Translations under genes and position numbers: made by a program
Assembly (NCBI GenBank): GCA_963718895.1
Contig: CAVRAG010000007.1
Coordinates: forward strand, 384,001 to 448,000
Direction of reading: 5' to 3'
DNA length: 64,000 bases
Source of the DNA: an uncultured Nitrososphaerota archaeon
GTDB taxonomy: Archaea > Thermoproteota > Nitrososphaeria > Nitrososphaerales > Gagatemarchaeaceae
The notes under the pieces: generated by a model
Told to the model about the DNA's origin: nothing
Database searches by the model: none
Seen by the model: only the letters and a program-made list of their open reading frames with translations
In this document: piece after piece, positions 13,604-25,543 of the stretch
Position numbering within the stretch: position 1 is the first letter of the stretch
Layout: every line of letters starts with the position of its first letter

Positions 13604-15397
13604 CTAGGTCAGCTCATATACTCGAACGTCCGGATTAGAATAGACCAGTGTCAAATTGGAACTGGATAAAGACGGAAAGTTGTTCCAAGGGAAATCTTGC
13701 GGGATGTCTGGGACTGCCGCCGTTACTACATTAGTGACTATTATGTATGGTATCTTCTGCCGATTGGCGTAAGCTATCGCTTGGGCGGGGTCACTCAAGT
13801 AAGCATATGTCGTCTCGCGATTGAAGAATAGAGAGGTATATGTGAAACGAAAATCTGAGACCGCAAGGTACGTCGAGTTCTCGGGAGTGTGTGATTGAAG
13901 CCAAAACATGGAAGCGTTTACTGCGAGCTGAGCTTGAGAAGAGACTTGTGTGCTGGCAGTCGCGTCCGAAACCAGCTGCACACCCCATGAACCCGCAACC
14001 AGGGGCACCAGCACTAGCACCAATACGAATCCGGCTTTCCAATATGTGGTCGGTGAGGAGCTTCTCCCCTTCCTAGTTCGAATCTTGGGAGAAGCGAAAA
14101 GAGCCCAAAACCCGCCATTAGAGTGAAGGGCACGAGCGCTTCAAAGGAAAACCTCCATGCGCCCACGCCAAAAGGAGAAACGATCAGCAAGGAGACGAAC
14201 CAAATCACGGGAACAAACATGAGAGACGACCCCATGGTGAATGCTCTCCATAGATAGACAAAGAAGAGGAGGAGCATTATGGCGAATCCTATGTCGTACG
14301 TCGTCTCAACAGCCATGTAACTGAGAATCGGAAAGGCCGACAAGAGACCCGAAATCCAGGTACTTCCAATCACATTGCCTCCGCCGGTGGAGGCAAGTTC
14401 GAGGGAGTTGACGATAGTCGGATATGCGAGCACGGCGATTCCGGCTGGGACAACTACCAGAAGAGAGGCCAGTAGGAGACGCTTCGGGAAGGCTTTGGCA
14501 ACGAAGTATTCGATCAACGGAAGGGTCAATACGGCTGGCAGGATTGTAATCGTGGAATAGTGAGAGAAGTATGCCATGGCTGTAGCCAGGCAGAGAACAA
14601 CCCACGCTCCCCGAGACCTGATGTTCAATCCAACTTCGATTAACGCTGTGAGAAGAAAAAGAGAGGCCAGAATACCGAAGAAATTGGCATAGAGCCCTGC
14701 ATTGAAGACGCTGCCGAACCAGACAGTTCCGGATAGAGAGTAGATCAGCGCTGCAATGATAGCCGCGGCATTGCTCGAAAACAGTTTCCGTGCGATCAGG
14801 TAGAAGAGGAGAGGAGAGAGCGCCACCAGCAGAGCCATTGTCCAGCGGACGGTTACCAAGGGATTTCCACCGACGAGAAGCAGAGCCGCCGCGAGCTGAA
14901 AGTGGACCCCGTAGTATAGCACGCCGAGCGGGATTGATGTCGAAGTTCCGGAGACTAGACCTTGGGCATACTGCACGTGAGCGGCGTAGTCAGGGCTTTG
15001 ATACGCAGGAAAGATCGGGTACTTCTGGAAGTACAGCGCAATAAGTAGGCTCTGTACGAGAATGATCGAAAGCATCGCCAGTTCAAGTCTTCTGGGCCTT
15101 GTCCACCAAGTCACTTTTCCATGAAGAAAAGAAGCGAGCAAGAGAGCAGCAAGCCCAAAGGCGACCGTGCCATAAATCGTCAGAAGGATCGAGACCCCGA
15201 AGAGCTGGAGAAAGTCCAGACGTGCGTATCATCACGACAATCGTGTCGACAGCGAGTCCGATGCCGAGAGAATATGCAATTCGAGTGGTGAGAGAATCTT
15301 GCTGCCCCCACACTTCCATTAGCTCTCCTAGGCCTATTCCAGGTGCAAAGATGAAGGCGAGATAGACCAAGAACCCCAGAGAGCTCAAGTGCAACAT
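13604..15397 (-). CDS. Large polytopic membrane protein (GT-C-like), frameshifted
   Basis: Many TM segments; SPDYAAH loop motif, YYGVHF, SHYST; soluble C-terminal domain ending LTLVYSNPDVRVYEL, typical of GT-C-like archaeal membrane proteins. Confidence 0.6.
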
Positions 15398-15698
15398 GAA
15401 GACGTGCGAACGAATATGAATGTTGGGTTTCAGTATTGTCACGCTGGACAACCTCCTAGACTGCACTGAATCTCCTTCGCCCTCATGACTCTGGCGAGCT
15501 CTTTGAGGCGGGAGTGAGCTGTTCAGTAAGAGGAGCCGGTTGTGCATCCGGTGCCGCGGAAGATTGCTAAGACATTCCCTAGGGTCGATCACGGCGTCGG
15601 GTGTCTCTGAAATCCGATTGGAGATGCCTATCCGCTACTCGTGGCAGCTTCAACGCGCGAGATCCTGGTGATTAACACCATATCAGTGGTGCGTCGAT

Positions 15699-17267
15699 TC
15701 ACCGCGCCCGGTATGCTGCATTATCGAAGCGTTCGTAGTCGAGAATTGGGATGACCAGGGACCTAAACCTCCCGAGTCCTACAAGCGCCGAACCCAGAAT
15801 CTCAAGATCTTCTGGTACGATAGCCCTGAGTACCGGAGCTGCTGTGAGATACACAAGAGAGAAGACCACCGTCTCCAGGATCAGCAGAAGGACATCGTTG
15901 AAGTGCGACATTTCCAAAGGGAGAACAACGAGGAACGCCAGGATTGAAGAACTGAAGATAGACAGAGCGGCCTGGAGGTCTATTCTGGCCTGGAAAAACC
16001 TCGAAGACAGATAGAGGCCGATCGTAACCGCAATCAAGTTCGAAGCAAGAATCGAGTAGATGAGACCTGGAACACCAAGTCCAAGGCCTATCGCGAGAAG
16101 AGGCGCGAGCGTAAGCAGGACCCCCGCGCCTACCAGGCTGAAGACCATGTAGAACCTCGGGTGACCAACGCCATTGAAGAAAGAAGGCAAGACGCCATGA
16201 CCCAAGAGAAAGGAGATGTTAGTAAAGGCGAGAAGAGCGAGATACCCCGAGGCGTCACCGTAGGAGGATCCGAGAGGGACCTTGATTATCTGAATTGACG
16301 CGCCCATCAGGAGGAAGATTATCGGAGTGAGGGCGAAAGCCATGTACTTGGTGGCGTACGCGAATGCACGGCTGAGGTCTCCTTTGGTTCCTTCGAGGTG
16401 GGCGAACGCAGGAAACAGAGCCTGCGTGATCGCCCCTGAGGTAATCGTGATTGCGGTCACAAAGTTTGCAGCAGACTGATAGAACCCGACGGAGCTGTTC
16501 GACCCGATCCCCGCCAGAACCACCACGACATACTGCGCGGAGATGCTCGTGACGAACAGCCCTATGAAGAGCGTCCATCCGTAGGAGAGCATCGTCTTCA
16601 CGTCAGCGGCGAAGCTTTCCAGCGGGTTGACGCTTACGCCTGCGGTCTTTCGGAAAAGGAGCACGAGACCTAGAACACCCCCAAGGGCGACGGAGAGGAC
16701 GTAGCCGACGAGCGCCCCAAAGACCGCGAATCCGAAGACGACGAGTGGGACCGCGATGACCAGCCGGAGAATCGACTGGAAGACGTTCGTGATGCTGATG
16801 TCGCCCATGTAGCTCCAGCCGAGCAGGGCGGAGATGCTGGCCTGAAAGACGGCCTGGGCGAAGATGATGAGGGAGGCGAGCTGCACGGACGAACTGATTT
16901 CGGGCCGGTGCAGGACGAGGGTTGAGAGGAACCCAGCGCTGACGTACGAGACTCCAGTAAGGGCCACGCCGAAGAGAACGAGAAAGATTACGCCGTTCAT
17001 AGTCATCCTCTTGGCGAGGTCCGGCCGCTGCTGCGAGAGATGATAGGCGGCAAAACGCGTTATCCCCGAGTTGACGCCGAACCCGAGGAAGTTGAGGAGA
17101 ATGCTGGGGATCAGGATTGAAAGTGTGTAGACGCCATACTGGCTCGGTCCGAGCAGCCTGGCTATGATGGTTATCGCGACGAATGAGACCACGGTTGTGA
17201 GGAGGTTCCCGGCGAAGAGGGCGAAAGACCCACGGGCGGACCTGCGGGCGATCTCTTCTTGTGACAA
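15699..17267 (-). CDS. Oligosaccharide flippase (Wzx/MOP family)
   Basis: IIARLLGPSQYGVY; about 14 TMs; VGFYQSA; ALFPAFA. Confidence 0.9.
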   Translation of the reverse strand: MSQEEIARRSARGSFALFAGNLLTTVVSFVAITIIARLLGPSQYGVYTLSILIPSILLNFLGFGVNSGITRFAAYHLSQQRPDLAKRMTMNGVIFLVLFGVALTGVSYVSAGFLSTLVLHRPEISSSVQLASLIIFAQAVFQASISALLGWSYMGDISITNVFQSILRLVIAVPLVVFGFAVFGALVGYVLSVALGGVLGLVLLFRKTAGVSVNPLESFAADVKTMLSYGWTLFIGLFVTSISAQYVVVVLAGIGSNSSVGFYQSAANFVTAITITSGAITQALFPAFAHLEGTKGDLSRAFAYATKYMAFALTPIIFLLMGASIQIIKVPLGSSYGDASGYLALLAFTNISFLLGHGVLPSFFNGVGHPRFYMVFSLVGAGVLLTLAPLLAIGLGLGVPGLIYSILASNLIAVTIGLYLSSRFFQARIDLQAALSIFSSSILAFLVVLPLEMSHFNDVLLLILETVVFSLVYLTAAPVLRAIVPEDLEILGSALVGLGRFRSLVIPILDYERFDNAAYRAR

Positions 17268-17338
17268 ATTGCCGTGGCTTCTCCGGGTCTGCTCCTCGGC
17301 GCAACACCCGATTATTTAGGAATGACTTGGTCCGTGTC

Positions 17339-18896
17339 TCAGGCGTACTTCCCTACGACAAGGCGGCTGTAGCCCGTCGCGTTCTCGAGGAGGGCCGCGT
17401 AGGTCGTGCCGTTGAGGATGAGGAAGGATGGCGCGTGGAGGGCGGTCTCGAAGGGGAGGGAGTTGGAGTCGGAGGAGAAGGTCAGGGGCCCAAAGTCGAT
17501 GGTCTTCTCAAGGTCCATGGAGCGATCGTACACCTTGACCGCGTCGTTCGAGATCGCGAAGAGGGCGCCGTCCTCCCAGAGGAGGTTCGAAGCGGCGATG
17601 CCTATCGGGTAGGTCGCGACCGCGTGCGACGATACGTTGAGGACCTGGACTTCCCGGGCCTGCGGAACCGCCAGGTACACGCTCGACCCGTCGGTCACGG
17701 CGGACGTGCACCCGGCCGATGGCGTCACTCCCTCGTACTCGACGGCGCCAGAGCCAGAGATGACCACGACGAAGGGGTCTAGTCCGGGGTATGATTCGTA
17801 GAACGACACACCGTAGTAGGGGTCGGCGAAGAGGGCCACGAAGGTCCCGCCGCCGTGCTCGCGCTGAGCAGCTGCTGGGGGTAGGCGTTGCAGAAGCCCG
17901 AGTAGACGTAGTCGACCCAGTTCGACGCGACCCCGTCGGGGTAGATCGAGCCGGCCGTGTATGAGTGCACGACCAGCGTGTTCCCCCCGAGCTGGCAGAC
18001 GCCGTTGGAGAGGGGGCTGGCGGACGCAGTGTAGAAGTAGAAGCTGCGACGCGTTCGTCGCGGCCAGCTGGCTCGTGTCGCTGGATATCGCGCCTATCGG
18101 GCCGCTCGCCGAGTAGAACCATCCGTCGTAGTAGGCGTAGCCCGAGTCCACCCCCTTGGCCACCGGCTGCTCGTAGGACCCCTGCCGTCCGGTCGGGTTG
18201 GCAAGGAGGCGCACCGGGAAGGACGCCACGACCCTCCCGCTCGAGTCCAGCTCGTACAGCTGCGCCGCGTTGGAGGTCGTGGCGTACCCTACCGAGACGT
18301 AGACCTGTCCGGTCGAGATGGGCATCACGTCGGTGACAATGCCGACTCCGGCGTCGAAGGACCACTCCTCAGTCCCAGACGCCGAGAAGGCGACGACCTT
18401 GGAGCCCGAGCTCAGGTAGAAGAGGGACGGGTCGTAGACGTCCTCGAAGAGCTGCGCGTTCTCGGGGCCCCCCGCACCCGATGACCCTGACCAGACCGAC
18501 CCCGGCGGGTCGGAGGACGACAGGGGCGGCGAAGACGTTCCCGAGCGAGGTCACCGCCTCCACGCTGTAGCCAGAGGGTACGGACTCTCTGACAGAGTCG
18601 CCGACGCCGAGCTGGCGAACCCAGTTCTATGATTCGCGAGGTGTTGGGACCCACCAGCCTGAGAAACTCGACGGTCGAAGGGACCTGGCCGTCGTTGGCT
18701 GATCGTCAGGTTGCCCGCGGCGAGAGAGAGCGAGAGGTGCTCGATGCCCTGGAGCTGGTGGAGCTGGCGCGCTCTGGTCCGAGGCGCCCTGGATGCTCTC
18801 CATCGCGCCGACCGCCGAGGACCAGGTCTGGATGGACGCCATGGAGAGCAGGAAGATCATGATGAAGCCGTAGACCGAGCTGATCCCCCTCTTCAT
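17339..18896 (-). CDS. Surface protein with class III (pilin-type) signal peptide and probable beta-propeller, frameshifted
   Basis: MKRG/ISSVYGFIMIFLLSMAS N-terminus; Tyr/Ser-rich beta-repeat fragments (TDGSSVYLAV, LLWEDGALFAI). Confidence 0.55.
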
Positions 18897-18960
18897 GCTC
18901 GAAGGAGGTGGTCCGATTATTTAAGCCCCGATAAGGTGCGGAGTGTCCCCTAGGGTTCGG

Positions 18961-18981
18961 AGAAAAAAGAGGAAAAGAAAA
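18961..18981 (-). terminator. Oligo-T archaeal terminator after the S-layer operon
   Basis: Minus strand reads TTTTCTTTTCCTCTTTTTTCT just after the stop at 18990. Confidence 0.7.
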
Positions 18982-18989
18982 CTGTCTGT

Positions 18990-20252
18990 TTAGGACAGCT
19001 TTCTAATCAATATTGCGAGTTCGAGAACTAGGGTTATGACTGCCAGCGCTGCGACAACCAGAATGTAGGTCTGGTCGTTAGACACAGTCGAGTTCATGTT
19101 GTTCACGGAAGTCTGGAGACCAGGTATTCCGGAAACAGATGACTGAAGACTAGTCACGTCGCTTTGCAGGGTAGTCAAACTGCTTGTGATGGAACCGATA
19201 CTAGCTGTAGTGTGGTTATGCTGTTCTGCAGACTGGCGACCGCCTGGCTTGCGCTAGTGGCCGCTGTTGCTGCAGCTTGTGCGTTGTTGGAGATGCCTGA
19301 GAGAGAGCTGGAGATGCCTGTGATTGCTGTGTTGAGAGTGTTGCCCCATGTCGTCACGTTCTTTCCGACCGCAGCGATGCTGCTCGAGAGGCCAGTCATG
19401 CTACTCTGGAGGGATGTTACTCCCGTCTGAATAGTGGTCAGACTGCTCGATAGGCCTGTCACTGCGGTCTGGAGAGTTGCGACGTTCGTCGTCAGAGTCG
19501 CCAGACTCGTCGGTAAGCGCCGCGAGCGCGCTTTGCGTTGCGACTGCGTTGACGGTGAAGGAGCCTATGTTGGATGCGGAGAACGCCCCTGTTGAGGAGG
19601 TGTTCGTGCCAGAGGCACCGACCAGATACACGCCGCTTGCCGCGGTTGCTGGAAGTGTAACGCTGAATGCGTACACATCAAGGCCCGCCACGTTGGCAGC
19701 AGGTACACGGGTCGCAGATCCAAGGGAGGTCGTTGTCGTCGCACCTGGTGCAAGGTACCAGCCGGTTACGGTTGCTGGACTCGAGGTCCAGACCCACACG
19801 TTCGTGCTGGTTGCGCCGGTTACGACTTCGCTGGGTGCCACGACGGTCAGGTAGCTACCTGAAGGGCTCGTCGTGCCGGATGAGGTGTACTTGAACGTCT
19901 GGGTCCCGGTTGCACCGTTTGAGTCGGTGGCCGTGATCACATACGTCCCTGATGTCCATGCAGAGTTCCCGCCAGCATACGTCGAGTACGTGAACGTTCC
20001 GCCAGCTGTGACGGCTACGTTCGTCGCATCGAACACGCCAGAGGCGCCCTGCTCGGTCACCTGGATGTTGACGTTATCTGGAAGGGTTGGGGTTGGGGTG
20101 ATTGTTCCAGTGATCGTGTACGCTGTTGATCCAATCGGCGCAAAGGTGGTGGCCGGGCTCGAGAAAGTGATCGAGCCGGTCGCCGCGGATGCAGCGAGTG
20201 GGGACAGCAGCAGTGCCACGAGCAGTGGGATTGACAGGAGTTGGAGTTTCAT
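18990..20252 (-). CDS. SlaB-like S-layer anchoring protein (Ig-like domains, coiled coil, C-terminal TM), frameshifted
   Basis: Signal peptide, two T/S/G-rich beta domains, heptad repeats (LQSSMTGLSSSI), terminal TM YILVVAALAVITLVLELAILIRKLS; GGTGA SD upstream. Confidence 0.7.
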
Positions 20253-20260
20253 GCTCTCAC

Positions 20261-23246
20261 CTAAGTCGCTACCAGATTGACGCCTGGTACGGGTGCAGAG
20301 ACCGCCGCGTTAGAGGTGGTCACTGCAGCGAAGGTGACGGAGTATGTGCCTGCTGGGACCGTCTGTAGGTCGAGGCAGACAACCGAGTTGGTTGTCCTGA
20401 TGTGATTGTGGCTGTTCCTTCTGCTACGTAGATGCTGGTTCCGGACTTGAGGGTGGCGAAGATGACCACGGTCTGCGCGGTGTTCCAGCTGTTTGTGACA
20501 CTGATTGTCACGCCCTTGTAGGCGCCGATGACACCGTATGTCGCTGCGCCTGTGTTGAAGGTGATGGAGTCTGCGAACGGCACTGTGACTGTAAGCGTCT
20601 CACTTGCGGATCCGCTCACAGGTGCAAAGGTGCTGCCGGTGACAGACAGTGTTCCTGTCCCAGCGACTAGGCCACAGACGTTGGCTGTCAGAGTGCTTGG
20701 CGAACCAAGCGTCTGAGTGCCAGACCATGCTATGTTAGCCGACGAGATTGGACTTCCATTGTATGTCGCAGTGAAGCTGGCTGTGTTGAAGTCGCCCGCT
20801 GCGCTGGTGACGGTCACCGCTTCGCAGCCGGTTGCTGTGGTTGTGCGGGCGAAGGTGAAGGTTGGAGCCACGGAGTCAACGAGGACCTGGTAGGAGGAGG
20901 ACACGGCTGTGTTCCCCTTGTTGTCCGTTGCGTTGAACTGTATCGTGGACAGGCCCGTTGCAAGGGTCACTGGAACGCTCCAGAGAATCTTGCTGCCCGA
21001 TGCGATGGACGAGGAGAGCCAGGGGTTGGTGTTGATCTTGTAGCCGAGGGTCTTGATGGATGCGGGATATGGGGAGCTGCGACGATGATGTGGAAGATGC
21101 GTACCCAAGCGAGGCGTTGGCCTTACCTGAGAATGTGACGAATGGAGAAGGAGAGTATATGACTCCGCTCACTGGTAGTGGAGAGTTGACGCTGATTGTT
21201 GGCAGTGGGCTGATTGTCGTCACCGTTATCGAACCGGTCACCGCGTTGCCTGCAACGACAGCAGTGGCCGACACTGTGGACGCCCCAAGCGTTGTTGGGA
21301 GAGTCCAAGCGACTGGTCCGAAGCTGCCGTGTCCGGTGTCGTTGGTCGAGAAGGTGAGCGCCGCGATGTAGATCTGCGTCGCAGAGAGCAGGCCGCCGCC
21401 TGAGACGCCTGACGGCGTCAGGTTGACCTGAATCTGCTGTGGGGAGGTGTTAGTGACTATGTTGCCGTAGGCATCCGTGAGGATGGCGTCAACATAGAGT
21501 GTGGCTCCGGACGTCGCGTAGATGGTTGAAGGACCGGAGTTACCCGTTCCCTGACCATTGAGGAACGTCGCGTAGAGCTGGAGCTTGGATGCGGTACCCG
21601 GGGCCGTCTTCACGGCTGGCGAGTTGGACGATACGAAGGACTGTGGGTTGCCTGAGCCATCAACCGGTCTGGTCACCGTCGCGTTCATCGTGGCGGTGGC
21701 GCCGAGGGTTGTGGAGACTTTGAGGCTTGAAGCGAATACTCCCGTGCTGTTGGTGAGTCCTGATACGGCTGGGCTGCCCGAGAAGGTTCCGCTGTAGGAC
21801 TTGGTTGTGTTGCATCCCGTAGAGGGATGCAGATCTGTATCTTCACTGGTACGCCCTGCTGTGCGTAGCCGAGCAAGAGGTGGACGCTTGTGCTGCTTCC
21901 AGCGCCGATCTCATGTGCGCCTCCCGCCTGACTGAATGAGGCGGTGGTTGCGAACGTTGAGGTCTGGATGAACCCAGTGGTTCCGCTGACGCTGAACGAT
22001 GGGCTGGTGCCTGACAGAGTCGCCGCTATCTGACCAATTGAACCGTATACGCCGGATTGGTCATACTGCGGGACGGTGCCATAAGCGCAGGTCCCTGGGA
22101 TGACGCAAGTGGTTGTGGTGGAGGAGCCGGAGAAGAAGCCACTCGCTGCAGATGAGGGTGCCGGTGATTCCTGAGCTGGAGACCCCGTTGCCAAAGGCAT
22201 CGGTTGCAGCGTAGGTGATGGACCCGGCAGCGATCTCAGCATCTGAGGTGAGCGTGGTCCCGTGAGTCGTCACGTAGTGCGTGGATGGGAAGACGGTTGT
22301 GACCCTAAGGTAGAAGGTGACCTTCGCAGGGCAATCCTGCTGCGGTCGTCGTTGCTGCAGGGGTTGAAGCGGCGCTGTTGCCAGAGTATGCGGAGCCCGC
22401 TATGGTGGCTGTTACTCCAGAGCTGTCGCCCAACTTGTTGCTTGGTTGCCATGAAGAGGACACTGCGCCGGAGGAGCTTGTCGTGCCCGTGCTTGGGCTG
22501 AACGATGTCGTGAATCCGCTGGATGGATAGGTGCCCACAGAAGGCGAGAAGGTGACAGGGACGCCAGGCTGGGATGGGGAAGTGAGTGTAGCGGTCACCG
22601 AGAAGGCCGCAGAACCCGCTGTGTACGAGGTCTGTAGGCCTGTCACGACGATCGTTGGAGGTGTTTCACCCGTGGTGTGAGAAGCGACACCGCCATTGGC
22701 TGCGATGGACGTCTCAGTCCATTGTGGACCTGGGTATGCACCTGAGCCGCTCGCATCTACCACCGAGGTCGTGAACGACCCGGTGACTGGTGCAGCAGAC
22801 TTGGGTGACGAGGGTCCCTGGATGGAGACTCCTGAGCCCGTCAGCATGGCTGTGAATCCTGGAGGTAGGCCGGTGGCCCCTGACCCGATGGCTGAACACT
22901 GGATGGCGGTCAAAGAGACCGCGATCGTGTTGAAGAAGCTTCCAGCGGTACAGAAGTCGACCGCGCCCGTTGTGAGTGCGCCGTTGGAACCGTTAGTGAA
23001 GTTCCAACCGCTTGGCGCGATGAATGTGATGGCTGTAATCGTATAGGCGTTGGTCGATGGGTTGGTTACGGCCTCGGTTAAGGCCGTGGGTGTTTCTTGC
23101 AGGACGAGAGTCGGCGTCGTCTTTACCGTCGGCAGACTCGCGTTTCCTGCTGCGTGTGCCGGTACCGCGAAGGGTACCAGGAACAGCATTCCTGAGAGTG
23201 CTAGCAATGCTAGTATAGTTCCCGAACTGAATTTGTTGAAATACAT
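20261..23246 (-). CDS. Large S-layer glycoprotein (SlaA-like, about 1000 aa), frameshifted
   Basis: Signal peptide ...VPAHA; contiguous T/S/G-rich Ig-like fragments with NxS/T sequons; strong TATA box; directly upstream of the SlaB-like gene. Confidence 0.7.
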
Positions 23247-23291
23247 CGATAGATGTATTCATTATTTTCAAGACCGGGCGCTCTAAATCAG

Positions 23292-23299
23292 TATATAAG
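23292..23299 (-). promoter_or_regulatory. TATA box of the S-layer operon
   Basis: CTTATATA on the minus strand about 46 nt upstream of the ATG at 23246. Confidence 0.6.
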
Positions 23300-23533
23300 G
23301 AGAGTGGACGAATTGTCCACAAATCAGACGATTTTAGGGGAAAAAGAGGTCTTTTAGCCCCAAAATATCCATGATGCCTCGATTATCCGTAATATTTCAT
23401 TCCCCAAACTTCGCGTGTGCAGAAGCGGACAGCGAGGGGTAGCGAGACCTCAACCTTCCTACGGAGAACCGTGAATTTGTTCCTGCGTGTCCGCGGAGTT
23501 TGGAAGCTGCAGGAACCAACGGCTCGGGACGGG

Positions 23534-24116
23534 TCAGTTCACCTGGATTTCCAGGGTCGAATTGGTCGAGACCACAGTGAACTCGTAGTTCCCAGCCTTC
23601 GCAAAGATATAGGGGGTCAACGATTGCCCCGGGGGTTAGTGTCACCTGGGTGAACGGTGCACCCGTGAACGCCACCGTCGAGCACGTGGGGTTTTCCAGA
23701 CTACAGGAGTGACCCCGTGCAGGACAGACACCTTAGTCACGTTGAATCCATTCTGGGTGACCTGGATGAACTCGGTCACTGGGCTGGTACAATCCGGTGG
23801 CGTAGTACGGTGTGGCCAGGTGTGACGGCGACGTCCCTGGAAGCGGGCGGGTAGTAGTACGGCAATGTGCTGAAATCTGCGACGTAGCTCCCCTGCCCGA
23901 GCGAGAGCTTAGCAGGCGTGGTGTAGGGGGTTCCGTTCACGGTGACGGTGACTTGGACGGGAGTCCGCGGCCGTTCGCGTCGACTGCATCGACTATCAGG
24001 GTTCCTGGCGAGTTGAGCTCCACGAAGGCGTAGACACCCAGCGCGATTATCACGAGCGCGGGCAGGATGAAGATTAGTTTGCCGACTGTTGGATTGTAGC
24101 GGCTCTTCCTCTTCAT
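23534..24116 (-). CDS. Membrane-anchored protein with PEGA-like and cupredoxin-like domains, frameshifted
   Basis: N-terminal TM; VTVNGTPYTTPAKLSLGQGSY; then IQVTQNGFNVTKV...LTPGQSLTPYIFAKAGNYEFTVVSTNSTLEIQVN*. Confidence 0.5.
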
Positions 24117-24252
24117 CGTTCTCCCGCCTCGAATCGAGGATTGATTAAGATTCTGGAAGGTCTCTGACACACTCTCTCGTCGCCCGGAGATCTTGCAGCG
24201 TCTGGGCATCGTTTGACCTCGGCCGCTAACGAGAGAGGCGCTCCAGGGCGTT

Positions 24253-25413
24253 CTAGTCGCAGACGTTCACGTTGACTGAGTCGAATCGCGTTGAAGCCGT
24301 ACTGGTAGCGGTTCTCGATCGGCTTGGCCGGTTGGCGATTCCCGGCTTCGTCAGTAGCCCTCGCGGAGATCGTTGTCACTCCCCTTCTCGCTGGATGCCA
24401 GATGAAGGTCCACGTGGCCCACGCGCACTTTCCCATCGCTGCTCAACGTGGGCGTCGTCCCATTCGCCCTGCACCGCCACTTCGACCCGCTCGATCGACC
24501 CGCTCCCTGACCATGCCTTCCCAGAAATCGAGACGCGCTGCCCGACGCGGACCCGGTCTCCCTCCTGTGGAGACGTCACGAGCGACTTGACGCGCATCTC
24601 GGTGACGGGACCCTGACCAAGCTGCGAGTCGTAGACGTACTTCACGGAGTTGAAGAAGGTGTTGAGTGCCGCTCCAGGAAGAACGCGAATGGCCCTGACC
24701 CACTTTACGGAGGCCATCCCATACCAGCCCGGCACGATCAGGCGCGCCGGGAACCCGTGCTCGACCTGCAGCGGCTTCGAGTTCATCTTCAGCGCGAGGA
24801 TCGTGTCCTCCTCCAGCGCCTTTTCAAAGGGGAGGGTGCGGACGAAGCGAATCGGACTTGGCTGACCGTGAACCAATCCTATGTCTTCTCCTTCGGCAAC
24901 GACCTGAGTTCCCAGCTCTGTCATCCCACAATTTGCGAACAGCTCCCTGAGCGGGACACCCGACCACCTCGCCGTGCCGACGGCTCCGTTCCCCCAGGGC
25001 ACCTCGCCCGAGGCGACTCTTGAGAACCCCGACCTTCCGTTCCCGGCGCATTCGAGCGTTGCCGTGACGGTCCGCTGGCGCATCTTCCCGAGGTCGCCGT
25101 AGGTAAAGAGGATTGAATTTCCGGTCTGGACGTCTACGACGGTCAGCCGCCATCCCCGAAGTCAATGGAAGGCACGGAGAAGTGACTCCGAACGAAGAAC
25201 GAGTGGTTGCTGGTAATCCGCGAACTCAGGTCGCGCAGACTCGTCTCGACGTTTGGCTTCGGAACCTGGCTCGTAGCGCCTACACCCGTGGTGCCGGATC
25301 TTGGCCTGATATTTGTCCTTAGTGAAGCCGGAAGTCCTAGTCGTCGACGGTGTCGCCATAGTGGCGGACGTAAAGGCACCAAGAGTCTCAGTTTCAAGTC
25401 TTGGTGATGACAT
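24253..25413 (-). CDS. Sulfite oxidase-family molybdoenzyme, frameshifted; start uncertain
   Basis: FFVRSHF, TLECAGNGR (Moco Cys), ARWSGVPL, HGFPARLIVPGWYGMASVKW, ARATDEAGNRQP. Confidence 0.9.
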
Positions 25414-25543
25414 ATGTGATGGACGGAGAATGCGTCGCCAGAGCCGACCTTGGAATAATGTTCGGATAAAGGCGAACTTTTCCATGCAAAAGCAAAAGAC
25501 ATATATGGAACTCATCAATTAATTGCAACATAAGTGGTGCCTA

